A stretch of 64,000 nucleotides of DNA from a virus (lineage: Duplodnaviria; Caudoviricetes): IMG/VR virus record IMGVR_UViG_3300033984_000268, positions 1-64,000 of that record; one strand, written 5' to 3'. The position numbers were made by a program, and so were the translations under genes. This document shows, one piece after another, positions 18,301 through 30,400 of this stretch (positions are counted from its first letter, which is position 1; every line of letters begins with the position of its first letter). A model generated the notes under the pieces. The model saw only the letters and a list, made by a program, of their open reading frames with translations, did not search any database and was not told the origin of the DNA.

Positions 18301-21300
18301 TGTTCAAGTCAGTTATTTTTTGTTGTTCTTCTAACGATAAACGTGTACCCTCATAAACACCTGATTCATTTACAGTAGGTTTAACTATATTTGAAACTTC
18401 TTCAAACAATATAGTTGAATCAATAATACCTTTAAGCCCTGCAATTTGAGCATTTTTTTCATCTAGTTTTTCTAATAATTCTTTACGTCTATCCAATTTT
18501 GCTTTTCGTAATTCATAATAATTAGAATTAACTTCAACCTGTGTATTTTGACTCAACCAAGTATTCATTTCATACTCGTACTCTAAACTTCCTTTTGTAT
18601 ATTTAGTCAAAATTTGTGCTTCAAATGCAGCAAACACGCCTTCAAATTTACCCGGAACTTCTTCATAGTCATGAAAATCTTTTGTCAACTTATCATAGTT
18701 GGTTAGTAATTCAGCTATTTGTAAATCATCGCCTGTTTTTAATTGACCAGTTCTATCAAATTTATTTTTAAGTTGTTTTAAATCAAACCAAAGTCGTGAA
18801 GATTCTGTCTGATAATCACCATCAGTAATATTTTCTGAATAATCTCTATTCAAAGCATTCATCTCTGTGTAAATATCGTCAATCAACCTACGTGCTTTTC
18901 TTCCTATAGGTGTACGCATTAAGTGATCGTGCTGGTAATATTCAGCAGTGTTATCACGATGCATGTAATCAGATTCAAATTGAGCTTTTGCATCAATAGC
19001 ATCTAACCATAAATCATAATTGCTACCATCAGGAATAGCAACATAATTACTACGTGCAAAATCAATAGCAATATCTAATTCTTTTATTTTAACACGATGG
19101 TTTCGAAAATTACTCATAAAAGCATACTCTTCTTTTATTTCTAACTTTCCATCTGCACCTTCAACAGCGTATGTATCTACATGACTAATTGCTTTACCTA
19201 AACCAGCTTCACCAAAAATATTATTACCAAACGATGTACCTTTTAACGCATCATTTAAACCATCTAATAGAGTTGCTTCTTTTGCATTTACATTACCTGC
19301 AATTGTATTAAAATGCTGATTAATATATTTAGCAAAACCACTTGTTATAATATCATCAGACGTAATAAAACCATACATAGCATTGCTCAATCCTTTAGCA
19401 TCTCCTAAAAAGTTAGCACTTGTAAGTTTAACTTTATCTTTTGTAATTCTTTCACCCTTAGCTATATTAAGTCGAAGAACCATGTGTCTTCGTTGTTCAT
19501 CATAAGTTAAAGATTCTTTGTTTTTAACACGAGCTTCTAATATATTAAATTCATGTTCTTCAGCAAGAGTTACACCGTAGTAATCAGCATATACCAATTC
19601 GTATTCAGCCCATAATCCTTTGTCTTGTAGTTTTTGTAACTTATCTAAATAAGCTTCTTCAATAGGTTTGTGAACTTTTACAAGATGATCATGAAAAGCA
19701 TCAATAGATAATTCTGTAACCTTGCTGCTTACACGTTGCTGTAATTGTTCTATTTTAGTTTTAACTTTTGAAAACTTTTCATATACAGGATTATCTTTTT
19801 TAATATGATAATTAAAATAACCGGTTTTAGAATTATCTAATTTGTTAAAATAATCATTCCAGTTATTAGCATAAAGCCACATTGAATACAATGTTTCAAT
19901 ATCTTCTTTTGAATCCAAAGTTACATTGTCCATTGTGTCAAACTTTTCAGAAAGTTTGTCAAAAAGAATTCCTGTATTTACAACTACCGATATAAATTGT
20001 TTTAATTTATTATGGAACTGTTCCATGTCTTGAGTAACATCAGCTTCATCTTTAATTTTAACTAAAGACTTAACAGGTTTTCTTTTATTGAATGTAGTTA
20101 ATTCTTCTACATCTTTTCTTAACTGCTGTATAATTCCTTGATTATATTCATCGGAAATCTCACCAGCAATCCATTTAAAGACATCGTTTTCTTTTGTTAA
20201 ATTACCTACTTGTTTTTTTAAAACTTCGTAAAATTCATTTATAGTCTGTTCTGTTTCTTCAACAGAAACAGCCGCCATAATTTTTACTTCATCCTCATAC
20301 ATCTTACCAAACATTGCAACATCATCCATGTCAATGAAATCTCTATCTAAAAGAAATTCTTCACCTGCATTGATCATATCAGCAATATCTGCTATCGTAG
20401 TGTTCGGATTAAGTTTTGAAATGTTTATTTTTTTACCAAATAGCTTTCTTAAAAATTGTTTAATTTGAAAAAACAATTCTTTAAAAAACCCATCTTTTTG
20501 TAGATCAGCTTGGTTGGCGTGCGCATATTGTAATGCATACACTAATGCTTCTTCTTTATACTCATCAGATTCTTTTTCAAATTCAGATGCGTACATGGTA
20601 TCCAGGTGTTTTTCAATTTCAGAAAATTCTGGAGATGCTTTTAATTTGTCATATAATTCATTAAACAATTCTTTATTTGACTTGAATATTGATTTAATAA
20701 TTGGATGACCAAATTCATGAACAACCGTACCAGCATCAAAGCGTTCTTGTATTAAAAAAACTTTTCCATTTTTGAAATAACCAGTAGCTGTTTTTCGGTT
20801 TGGATACTCTTTATCAAAATCTTCTTCAGATATAATTTCAAAATCAACACCTAATTGGTTTGATAATTTTGAAAGTATTAACATTGCTTTCTGATTGTTG
20901 GTTATTTTAACCAAGTCCTTCACTTTAGAAACAGCTCGTGACATTTCAAAAGGTTCTGCTTTTGAATAATAATCTTCTTCAATCGTTTCAAGATTGTCGT
21001 AATCACGCGTCGTAAGCTTTTGAAAAACTACTTCTGGACTTCTAACCTCACTATGTTGTTCTAATACATCACGTAAGGCTTCTTCACGACCTACAGCAGC
21101 AGCAACTTCGTTGAACTTCTGCAAGTCTTCATCTGATAAATCCAATTTGTTTTCATCATAAGATTCAAGAACTTTATTCGAAACAACATCTCCTGTATTT
21201 GGAGATGATTGCCAAGAACGATCAGTACCCAAAAATGTATTACCACCTTCTTGAATATCTCTATCAACATTTAATTGAGATGTTTCTAAACCTAAATCTT

Positions 21301-21433
21301 TTGCAGTTGGATATTCATCCGTACTGTTTTCTTCCATCCATATTCCAATTTTTGCTGCAAGAATTGAAGGATTAATATTAACTTCTTCCTGAAGCGTTAT
21401 AAAATCCGGATGTGATTTATTTATACAACTCAT
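15359..21433 (-). CDS. giant putative ejected/virion protein with an N-terminal zincin-like domain
   Basis: 2024 aa; HEFGH followed by EEALV; adjacent to the virion RNAP as in crAss-like phages. Confidence 0.75.
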   Translation of the reverse strand: MSCINKSHPDFITLQEEVNINPSILAAKIGIWMEENSTDEYPTAKDLGLETSQLNVDRDIQEGGNTFLGTDRSWQSSPNTGDVVSNKVLESYDENKLDLSDEDLQKFNEVAAAVGREEALRDVLEQHSEVRSPEVVFQKLTTRDYDNLETIEEDYYSKAEPFEMSRAVSKVKDLVKITNNQKAMLILSKLSNQLGVDFEIISEEDFDKEYPNRKTATGYFKNGKVFLIQERFDAGTVVHEFGHPIIKSIFKSNKELFNELYDKLKASPEFSEIEKHLDTMYASEFEKESDEYKEEALVYALQYAHANQADLQKDGFFKELFFQIKQFLRKLFGKKINISKLNPNTTIADIADMINAGEEFLLDRDFIDMDDVAMFGKMYEDEVKIMAAVSVEETEQTINEFYEVLKKQVGNLTKENDVFKWIAGEISDEYNQGIIQQLRKDVEELTTFNKRKPVKSLVKIKDEADVTQDMEQFHNKLKQFISVVVNTGILFDKLSEKFDTMDNVTLDSKEDIETLYSMWLYANNWNDYFNKLDNSKTGYFNYHIKKDNPVYEKFSKVKTKIEQLQQRVSSKVTELSIDAFHDHLVKVHKPIEEAYLDKLQKLQDKGLWAEYELVYADYYGVTLAEEHEFNILEARVKNKESLTYDEQRRHMVLRLNIAKGERITKDKVKLTSANFLGDAKGLSNAMYGFITSDDIITSGFAKYINQHFNTIAGNVNAKEATLLDGLNDALKGTSFGNNIFGEAGLGKAISHVDTYAVEGADGKLEIKEEYAFMSNFRNHRVKIKELDIAIDFARSNYVAIPDGSNYDLWLDAIDAKAQFESDYMHRDNTAEYYQHDHLMRTPIGRKARRLIDDIYTEMNALNRDYSENITDGDYQTESSRLWFDLKQLKNKFDRTGQLKTGDDLQIAELLTNYDKLTKDFHDYEEVPGKFEGVFAAFEAQILTKYTKGSLEYEYEMNTWLSQNTQVEVNSNYYELRKAKLDRRKELLEKLDEKNAQIAGLKGIIDSTILFEEVSNIVKPTVNESGVYEGTRLSLEEQQKITDLNKQIQDGKNLFITKSGLSKHQYLDYVRLSNRKNLKPHEKLRLEAFKLILRTKLQGLEVNDEDLLEVDQIDNDLREMSYSRSTEDYKNMWFDFMYKNSDVYDAVYNAVKKTYKHSDLYNNPVLSEDMVDILLSDLDLIDELKELSPEFKTWFEANHFADEKVVYALDPAIGYQVPKGVVSIWTKSTVWNFSGPYDVDKYYNTKIMNHDLFPNGTLEVNGEPRVPNKSYKSKVVKSEYVTPEIERDELQNGQLILANKDSKGQWLPKTVNEGAIGTNFINDEYQEMLRSKPELFDALMYLKNVYLDNQIGLDSSQTNGLAFPKEKIHGTIENVTTKGFFERKRLNIIRAFSKSNTDDFDSDQYRKASVGYDSNALSNTMTRPITGNYEMPLAEQSRNIVSIMGRWLYSVETYKVARDINPVVQMLQDTIKNLGADPDLIKLKQSFETLNMAKPTLSAAESGRLKNINKMIDKHIDGVQVVMPDGFDGRYGTYALRITQFTSKALSKRFFSYNVYSGVKNYASGEIMLAATSAEGKVLNPNDLRVTKRMAAAASNKIVSESWTKKQKDPIIQLITVMDAIPDFAKKRAGHNGGTTFMQSIFKGNQRYAIRKYLGDMVPLHQFFAILNHNKFELNGKQTTLFKAIQLDAQGRIVTMPNVPEEYSISYSADNKIILGSKLNHLMDVHQNTLTKTIGATNDLNAPDIYRNLMGKMGLFLIKFFPNLLRDRITYGKVKFKHKEILGKKVAVGVRFTPRNNIASGTRELGSYVAILESIGELIRTRGKHLSYENYTGLLKIAIGISIEIALYLAQTTMRFKLYDGDDDKQHSFLFDEEQEGMFRWMSALTSVPQAPKFITDITGDIVDKQYTSQKGRDFDASNFFKIQLLRTIVGVRKETSAFYPMPMLNQGVNMSMMKGVFSTANPLSDILNGFDIALEGEVYEKDAGPLRWQQSGRSKLFNLYLKYEGFDGKMIDAAYGLKQEFRKF

Positions 21434-24400
21434 TTAACACTCTTTTATATCGTTAATTACTCGTTTCATTTCTTTCAAAGGTAATACTTTAAATTCTTCT
21501 AGCGGAATGTTAGACTTTAAATCAATAAATTCTTCAACTAATTTTTGAGCATTATCAGTTAAAGTTTTTGGTTTATCTGCCTTAACACCATTGATTCTTT
21601 CATCTAAAATAGATGCATGACTGAACGCTTCATTTTGAGAATTGCTGTAGCCAAGAACTGTTTTTGTTTCTTTAGCTTTTAATCTATCTATTGTACTATT
21701 AATCCAATCACGTCTTTCTTTTTGATATGTTAAATCAATTGTATTACCAAATTTATCTTCAAATAAATCTTGACCATCTAACCATTCTTCATAAGCCATT
21801 GACGCTTCATCAACATTTTTCATTTTAAGTTGACCTTCTACATTAGAACCAGTAAATGGGTTACCAAAATGCTTGTTTTCATCTAAACCTTTAAATCCAA
21901 ATTGTGCAGATGCAGCTTGTGCTTGTGATACACGCATTGTATATAAAACATCACCTTTGTTGTGTGCTTCTCTTAAATCTGCAACTTTCATAATTTTTAA
22001 AGTTTCAGATGAAATTTTTGGTTCATAAACTTTTTGAGTATTTACCTGGGTAATACTTGCAATTTTATTTTTAGCAAAAGGAATTGCTACTTGCATTAAA
22101 TACTGTTCGATAAATGAATCAGAAACAGATGAACCAATATTAATTGCAGCTCTGCCAAAATCAGATAAAGCAATTGCAAAAGAATTTTGGTACGTAGGAT
22201 TTTCAGCAAAATATTTTTTTGATTCGACAACTACCTTTTTAAATCCCTCTTCAGAAATTTGTTTTTCAGACAGTCCTTTAAATAAATTAAGTCCTGTTAT
22301 ATGATAAATGTAATTATCGATTCCAATCTTGCGTCCAGATTTAACACCAAGAGTAACATCGTACATTGGAGAACTAACACCTTCTAAACTTTTTACAACC
22401 TCATAGTATTTTCCTAAAGGAGAATAACGAACAACTTTCGTGTATCCTTTTTCTTCAAGAAACTTTAAAGCCATTTCATCAATACCATTTGCAGAACCTA
22501 CATTGAATGTTTTAACGCCAGCTTCAATTGCTTTTGTAATTTTAGGTTCGTAATGTTTTTTAAAATCCGCTGTAACTATATCAGTGTATCCTTTCAAATC
22601 AGTTAATCCTTCGTATGCACTTTTAAACAAACCTGCACCAAAAATCCAAACACTATCTGTGCTTTTGTATTTATTATCAAAAGCTTTTTTGTTTGTTTGA
22701 TTAATAACATCAATGTAGTTTCTTGTAGAAGAACGTGCAACATAGTTAGGATTTGATTCAGAAGGCGTAGCAATTGCTTTAGTAGAATTGTTTGCCATTG
22801 ACTCATCTTTAACCCAATGATTATCTTTTCTATTTTTAGATTCAGCAATTGACAATCCACCAGCCACAGCATTAAGTGCTTTTGCTACTAATACAGGATG
22901 ATCACCGTAGTTATTAAAACCAAAGTACTCTAACAATAATTTATTCCAACTTGAAACTGCTATATTTTTATTTGGTACATCTAAAATTTGATTAGGCATT
23001 GCTAGTTTTTTACCAGACAATGCTATAATTTTTTCTTTTATTTTTGTAGCAGTATCTTTTTCATCAAATATTTCAGACATATCAAACGGAGTCATTTCTG
23101 ATGGATCAACCGCTAAAATATTTTCAACCAATGTAATGTTGTTATACGTTTGAACTGAATTCAAATACTCTTGTTCAATCGACAATGACATTGTTTCTGG
23201 TTGTACATAATTATAACCTCTATTACGAAGTTTATAAACACTAACTGCCATATTATTGAATGCATTGTAGAACTTACCAACTACTCCACCAACGGCTTTA
23301 GCAATCTTTTTTTCTTTTTCATTTTTCTTTGCAATCTCGTTTAACGATTGTGTTAAACCTGCTGATGAGAATGTTGAATCAATGACATTTTTTACATTGT
23401 TAGTAGTAATAAGTTTTCCTAAATAATATTTAGCTGCAGTATTCATACCTGATTGCATAAATATCATGTGCTCAAATGCATTTTTAGAAAAGAATTCTTT
23501 TACTGCTGGATCAGGGAAATTTTGAAGCTTCGTAAGATTTTCCAAATAAACTTTAGTCAAAATTGGATCTGCTTTTTCAGGCAAATAAAAGTTTGATTTT
23601 CTTGTACCTTCGCTTTTATTTTCAGTGTCAAACTTCATGTCTTGAATCAAAGAAAACTCACTAAAAGCATCGGCATGTTTTGCTTTCATTGCTTTAAAAA
23701 TACCAACCAATCCAACTTCTTTGTCGAATAACATACCTGGTGTTTTTGTTCTATACAATGCTTCAAGTTTTAACAAGTCATCCATCGGTAACTCATTTCC
23801 AAACTTTTCTTTTTTGTATGAATAGTAATAAAAGTTTTCACGAATTTGAGAATCGATTGCATCTAACTTATCTTGAATAGGTTTCATTTTAGCATCAACT
23901 GCATCAAGTTCTTTTTCTGTTGCACCTTCTAACTCTAAATTTTTTCTTTCAATTTCAATTTCTGACAAGTCGGTTAATGCATCAAATCGACCATACTCGT
24001 TTTGAATTTCGTCTTTAAGTAATTCTAATTCAATTTTGTACTTAACATACTCTACTGGTGAATTAATTGAATCAAATAAATGCGATACATGGCCATCCTG
24101 CATAATCTCATTTTTAACTGCACCAAGGTTGTAATAAACTTTACCATTTGATCGATCAATCTTGTATGTTGTTGTTAAGTTTTTATCTTTAACCAAATCA
24201 AACGTAGCATTGCTTTCTCCAATTCTACTAGCACTTGTATATGTGTCTGTTCTATATACTGAATTTTGATACAAGAACCACATTAAATCGTTTTTAAAGG
24301 CGTTACGTAATACAATTGGAAGTATTCCTTTTTTATTACCGCCATTCAATGACAAGGCTAATCTATTAACAACAGGATTGTTTTTAATTTTGAAAAAATT

Positions 24401-27400
24401 CTTAAACATATTAATAACCAAATTGGTATTGTTGTAAATACCAATTGGAGATGTTTCAAATTTAGTCCACCATTCTGCAGGTATAGCTGAATGAACACTT
24501 TTTAATTTTGAAACGTCAGCAATATTTTTTTCAGCATCTGTTATATTGCTAATCTTTGTCGTGTCGTATTTAGAAACTTGTGAAAACTTCGTTACATCTG
24601 CAGACAATTCTTCTAGTGCAACATATTGTGCAAAGATTTCAATGTCATCTTTGTTCACTGTAGAAGAACCGATTCGACCTTCAAGAAAGTTAGTTTCAAA
24701 AATAGAATTATTGGACGCTACATTGTTGATACCAAAAAAGGAATGCTTTTCGTATCCAGCATCAAACAATTCTTTTTCATATTCTTTCTTTAAAATATCT
24801 AAAGCTTCTTCTCTAATTGCATCTGGTGATAAAGATTTACCGATTGGATTGTTTTCATTTAATTTTGAATACGTTCCTGATAATTCTTTTTTAATAGTAT
24901 TATATCTAATCGTTAACGGATTAGAAGAAATATAAATTGCGTCATTAATTGGAACACCTGCCATAACCATAAACAAAAGGTTCGGAGTATTCTCTTTATT
25001 ACCTTGGATGTTAAACACCCATGCATTTTTACCAACATCGACATAACCGTTAATCAACTGTGAAATAATATCTGCTGTTAATTTTCCATCTTTTGCATAA
25101 CGAGAACCAACAGATATTCTTCCATCAATTTCATTGTGATTTAGTTTTAAGGTGTATGCTTTAAAATTATTAATATTCTCTAAAGCTTTTGCTTTTCTAG
25201 CACCGTTTGATTTTGGATCGTTGTAAATTTTTATGTCATCATTAAATTTTTCGAGATCTTCTGTTTTAGCTGTATTTAATCTTGAATCAAACGTACTAAA
25301 CATTGCAAAGAATGTAGATACAACCGCAGCAATACCCAAAGACTCCATACCAACAGAGTTCTCTTGATGTTTTTGCAAATTGTACAAGTAATCCATTACT
25401 GTTGTACGCGAGATTGAATCAGATTTATCAGCATGTATTTTTTCAAGTTTGTCATATTTACCAGCAGTAATTTTTGTTTCTAAAGCATTCGCTATTGGTA
25501 ATACATCTCTTGTTGTATTCGGTGTAACCAAATCAACAAAGTTATCTTTAGCTAAAATCTTTCTATTAAATAAATCAACCAGTTTATTCTCAAGTCCTTT
25601 TACAGAATGACCAACCTTCTTACGTTCTAATTCAGCACCAATTTCTTTTTGAGCTGCTATCTGTTTTTTAATTGATGCTTTTTGTTTTTTGAAATTTTCA
25701 AATTTCGCACTTAATTCTGTAGAAAGGGTTCCAACATATTGCAAAAATATTCCATCACGCAATGTATTGATTGAATCTATTTGTGTACTGATTTTGTCAT
25801 ATTCCGCTTGAAGCAATTCTTTGTATTCATTTGCAGCAGCTTTTCCAAGTTTAGTACCAAGATAAATTCCTGTTTTTCTTAACTCGTCGTATTGCTCTTT
25901 ATATTTTTTACGTTCAGGATATAATAAATCTAATGCAGGTTGATACAACTCTGCTTTTTCAAATGCAACAGTTTGATCTTTAAATAATTTTTCAGACTCA
26001 TCGTAAACTGCAGATAACTCTTTTTCTAAAGGCGTAATGTTTGATTCATAAAAGTCAGTGTACTCTGCAGCATAACGATCATAAGCACCAGTATCTCTAC
26101 CGTAGTAGTTATTCAATTCAGGTTTGCTATTGATAATAGAAATACTTGGATACAAGAAGAACATTTTATCAATATCGTAATCCGCTCCTGATTTAGCCAC
26201 AATCTCTGATGGTAAAATTACTTTTGCACCAGAATATTCAGGTAAAAATTCAGCAACCGTAACCGAGTCTAAAGCATTAGGTCCTTGTGTTGGGATACGA
26301 GTTCCAGGAAAGTTTAACAGTGCTTTATGTTTTGCATTCCATTCAGGATCTTTAATCGATTCATTTAATCTTTTTAAAGATGCATCGTAATCCATAACAC
26401 CTTTTTTATTTAAAACACGAATAGATTTTTTATCTGGATGATCTGCATATAATAATTTTTTGAAATCACCTTGCAATGAAATTTTAACTTCCATTGCAAA
26501 CGTCAATGAACCATCTTCATCACGACTTTCATAAAACTTTAATCCATTTGTTCCATTAGCGTCTGCTTCCATGTCTGAACTTTCATACATAGCACCAGAC
26601 ACTTGAACCAAAGCTTCACCATTAACTTTTATTTTACGAAGAGATGAATCAATTAAAGTAACCACAATTTCTTCGATCTTCTGACTGTTTAATGAATATG
26701 ATAAATCATCAACTAATCTACCAGAAGCATCCGTTAAAAAAGAAACTTCATGCGGCAAATAATCATTTTTAATCATTTCGCGCTTAATGTAATCTGCTAG
26801 TTTTGTACTATCTCCTTCATACGTTCCTGTAGCAGGATTGTATTGGTAGTCAATATTCTCAAGCAAATCTTCTTTTATGTGATCTCTGTACGTTGTTAAT
26901 ATGTCAGTGTACTCTTTATACCATCCATAATTTTTAGATGCAGCAAGGCGTTCTTTTTCAGTTTTAATAGCCTTCCATTTAGAAATTCTATTAGCATCAT
27001 CTTTTAAATAATCCATTGGTACACCGTTATCAGCAATACCATGAAGAATCATTTTTTTCATTTGTGTTGGTAATACTACCTTTTCTTTGTACCCCTCATC
27101 AATAAACACTTGATTTTTTAAATGCTTAACTGAAATTATATTTGGAACAAATTGTAATTCAGCGTCTATAGACCGATCTTTTTTATAAAACGTATCTGGT
27201 TTTTTAACAATTACTTTTTTACCATCAGCATTAGTTACTACATCTACACGTGATAATGTTGAAAGTTTAGAACCTGATTGCATAGTTGCATAATCAATTC
27301 CTTGTTCCATCATTGATTTGTGTAATCCTTCAAGTTTAGTTCCTGCAATTTCATTTGGAATCAAAGGAGCTAATGAATACTTATGAAAAGCAGTAAGTCC

Positions 27401-30400
27401 TAAATTCATTGATTTAAACTTATCTGTTGTACTTAACGGTCCGTAATATTGAAACTTTTTTACTGGAAACGTAGAACTCATATCAGTTTGTTCAATAGTT
27501 TCTCCTTTAACAATTTTTTTATAAAGTGCTTCTTGACCTGAAGACCATTCACCGCAAGAGATATTTAATAACCTGTATGTATCAAAAGTTATCCAACCTT
27601 GACCATCTGCTTCTTCCATATCGTTATATGTAGCAGCAGTTTCTTTACCAAGTTTTTTTTCAAGTTCTTCTAAATATGATGATGGCACTTTAGACTCATC
27701 TAAAATTGCAGTTTTTAAATCGCCAGTATATTGATAATCGCGCTCAATACCCAATTGTTTAGCGTAACCAAAATTGTTAAATTGTGCATTATTATTTACA
27801 AAGTTTTTAAATGATTCATCCGATGCAAATATTTTTCCAGTGGAAATCATACCAGCATTACGTTTGTGGAAATCACCACCCTCAATATTGTATAACGCCA
27901 AGTCACCTAAAAACAATGATGTGTAATTAGTATTTTGGATAAAGTTATTTACAATGTGGGCTCTAAAAATTCTACGTTTTGTATCAGAAATTGATTCATC
28001 TTCTACAGTTGTACTTTTATATTTCTCAATTAATTCATCTGGAAATACTGTATCTGATTTTAATTTATTTAATGTTTCAGCTTTTTTACTAAAGTATGAC
28101 TTCAAATTAGATTCAATGTTTTTCTTTAATTTAGAACTAAATTGTTTTCTAATATTAAATGATTGCAGTTCGTCTATAGAAAGAGAACGAGCTAGCTTCA
28201 ACAATTCATTTTTAGTATCAACATCTAAAATATCATCAAACAAAAAGAAGCTTTTACCGCGTTCAAAATACTTAAAATCGATTGCAAAGTTTTCAGGATC
28301 AATTAAAATTTCCTGTTCTAATTTTTCTAATCGAACCATTCGAATTAACTCTGCTTCTAAATGACCAATCATTTCATTACTTAAAATAGAACCAGCGTAG
28401 CCATCTGTAAAAATAGCATCAATGTCTTGCGCATTTACAATCAATTCTTTGGTTTTACCACCAACAATTGAATTGTTTCTCATTTGATTTGCAAGAACCG
28501 TTAATGAAGAAGATTTTGCTTCTGTTCTTGGTATCTCTTGAGCACCATCTAATGTTAATAATACATCAGATAAAAATTTTGTTTTTTCATCAGAACCAAT
28601 TGAAGATATACCTTTATCTTCAGATGTCATATCTATCAATCTACCATCTGAATCAACACGTCTTACAGTGTGTATTAATTTGGAACCAGATAAATTCTCA
28701 ACTGAAATTCTAATACCAGGGTTTCTTTTACCACGCACAGTTGGGTTAAAGTGATCTAATTGAAACATATCAACAAACCATTTAGAACCAGCAACAGAAG
28801 GATTTTCTAAATAATTAAATTTAGACATCCCTTGCATTGCAATTAATTCATCATAATGATTTGCTTTATTTAAAGCCTGTACCTCAACTGTAAGCGATGA
28901 GTTTAATACTTTTTCACTTGCCTTCTCGCCATACGCTGTCATCGACATAAACGATGTGCTATCGCTTGAATACATTGAGTGCAGTTTGATCAAACTATTT
29001 ATAAATCCAGCTTTTCCAATTTCATCAATTCTCACACCATCTTCATAGTAATAAAAATCTTTTGCTAAATCAGATAAACTTCTAATTGCTACACCATTAA
29101 TTGCATCTTGTTTTTTTATAAGAAAGTCAACAAAATAAGCATATTCACGAGGTTCAATTTTTAAATCAGCAGAACCTTCTTTTAGTATCTGTTTAACAAT
29201 TGGATCATCCGAAATATTAATTCCAAATAATTTTAAAAACTCTACTGGTTCTGCGTATGCTCTCAAGGTTGCTGTTGGTGAAAACTGTTTTTGATTTGTT
29301 TTAGATAATTTTTTATAATCATCTTTTGAAATAGAACTTCCGCTATCAACAGACGCATGCACTTCTTTTAAAAACTTCGAATGATTTTTATTTTCAAAAA
29401 AAGATTTAAGGTTTAATGTATATGGTGAAAATTTATTTTCACCTTGTTCTTTACGTTCACCAATAATTTCTAATAACGATGTGAAATTATCATTCCAATC
29501 ATTTTTAATAAATGTTTCGGATGCTGCTGTTCTACCTGAATGCGAAGTTGTACGACTTTCTACAAAGTTTTCATCTTTTTCTTCATTCGTATATGTAACA
29601 GTTTTTTCAATAATTTGTTCTCGTAATAATACGTCCGCTTTATTAAGCGATTGCCAAAATGCCAGCCATTGATTCTGTTCTTCAAAGGTTGAAGAAGGTG
29701 AACCAGGATTACCAAGTTTAGCAACAAGTTCTTTAATCTGAAAATCGGTAAGACTCGCAGCAACTAATTTTTGATACATGTCATCGCGATCTAATGTATT
29801 CGTTAACAACTTTGCAGTTTTAGCAAGCATCGTTTTAAATGGTGCAAGTTTTGCAAAACCTAATGCATTAACTTCTAATGTACCTTTACCATTTTTAGAA
29901 TAAGAACTGATGGTACTTAAAAGCTGTTTAGTTTGATCATCAACTAATTCTGAAATTGAAAATTCAGCACCAGTTCTTTCAAAAATAACACGTTCATCAT
30001 CTTCATATTTTTCTTTTTCAGTATTGACATAACTATACTCATTAATAAACAAAGATGCCATGTCACCATAAGAGTCTTGTTTAGTTAAGATTGTATCAAT
30101 AGCATCTAAATTTCCAAAGTTCTGAACAGCTTTATTCAAAGTATCAACCGCAAATTTTGCTGAAAGATTGTTTGGTTCATCCTCTAATGTTAATTTGTGA
30201 ATTGCAACTTGTTGTTGTAATCTTTTTTTAACAAAGTCTAAACCCATTTGTGTTAAAACAGGATTATTCTGAATTCTAAAAATACCATAGCCATTATATT
30301 TATCAACATAAGATTTTTTAAAATCAGCAACAATTGCTTGAGCTTCTTCGTATTCTAATTTATTAGTAATAGGATTAATTGAAGCTAAATGAGTCATAGC

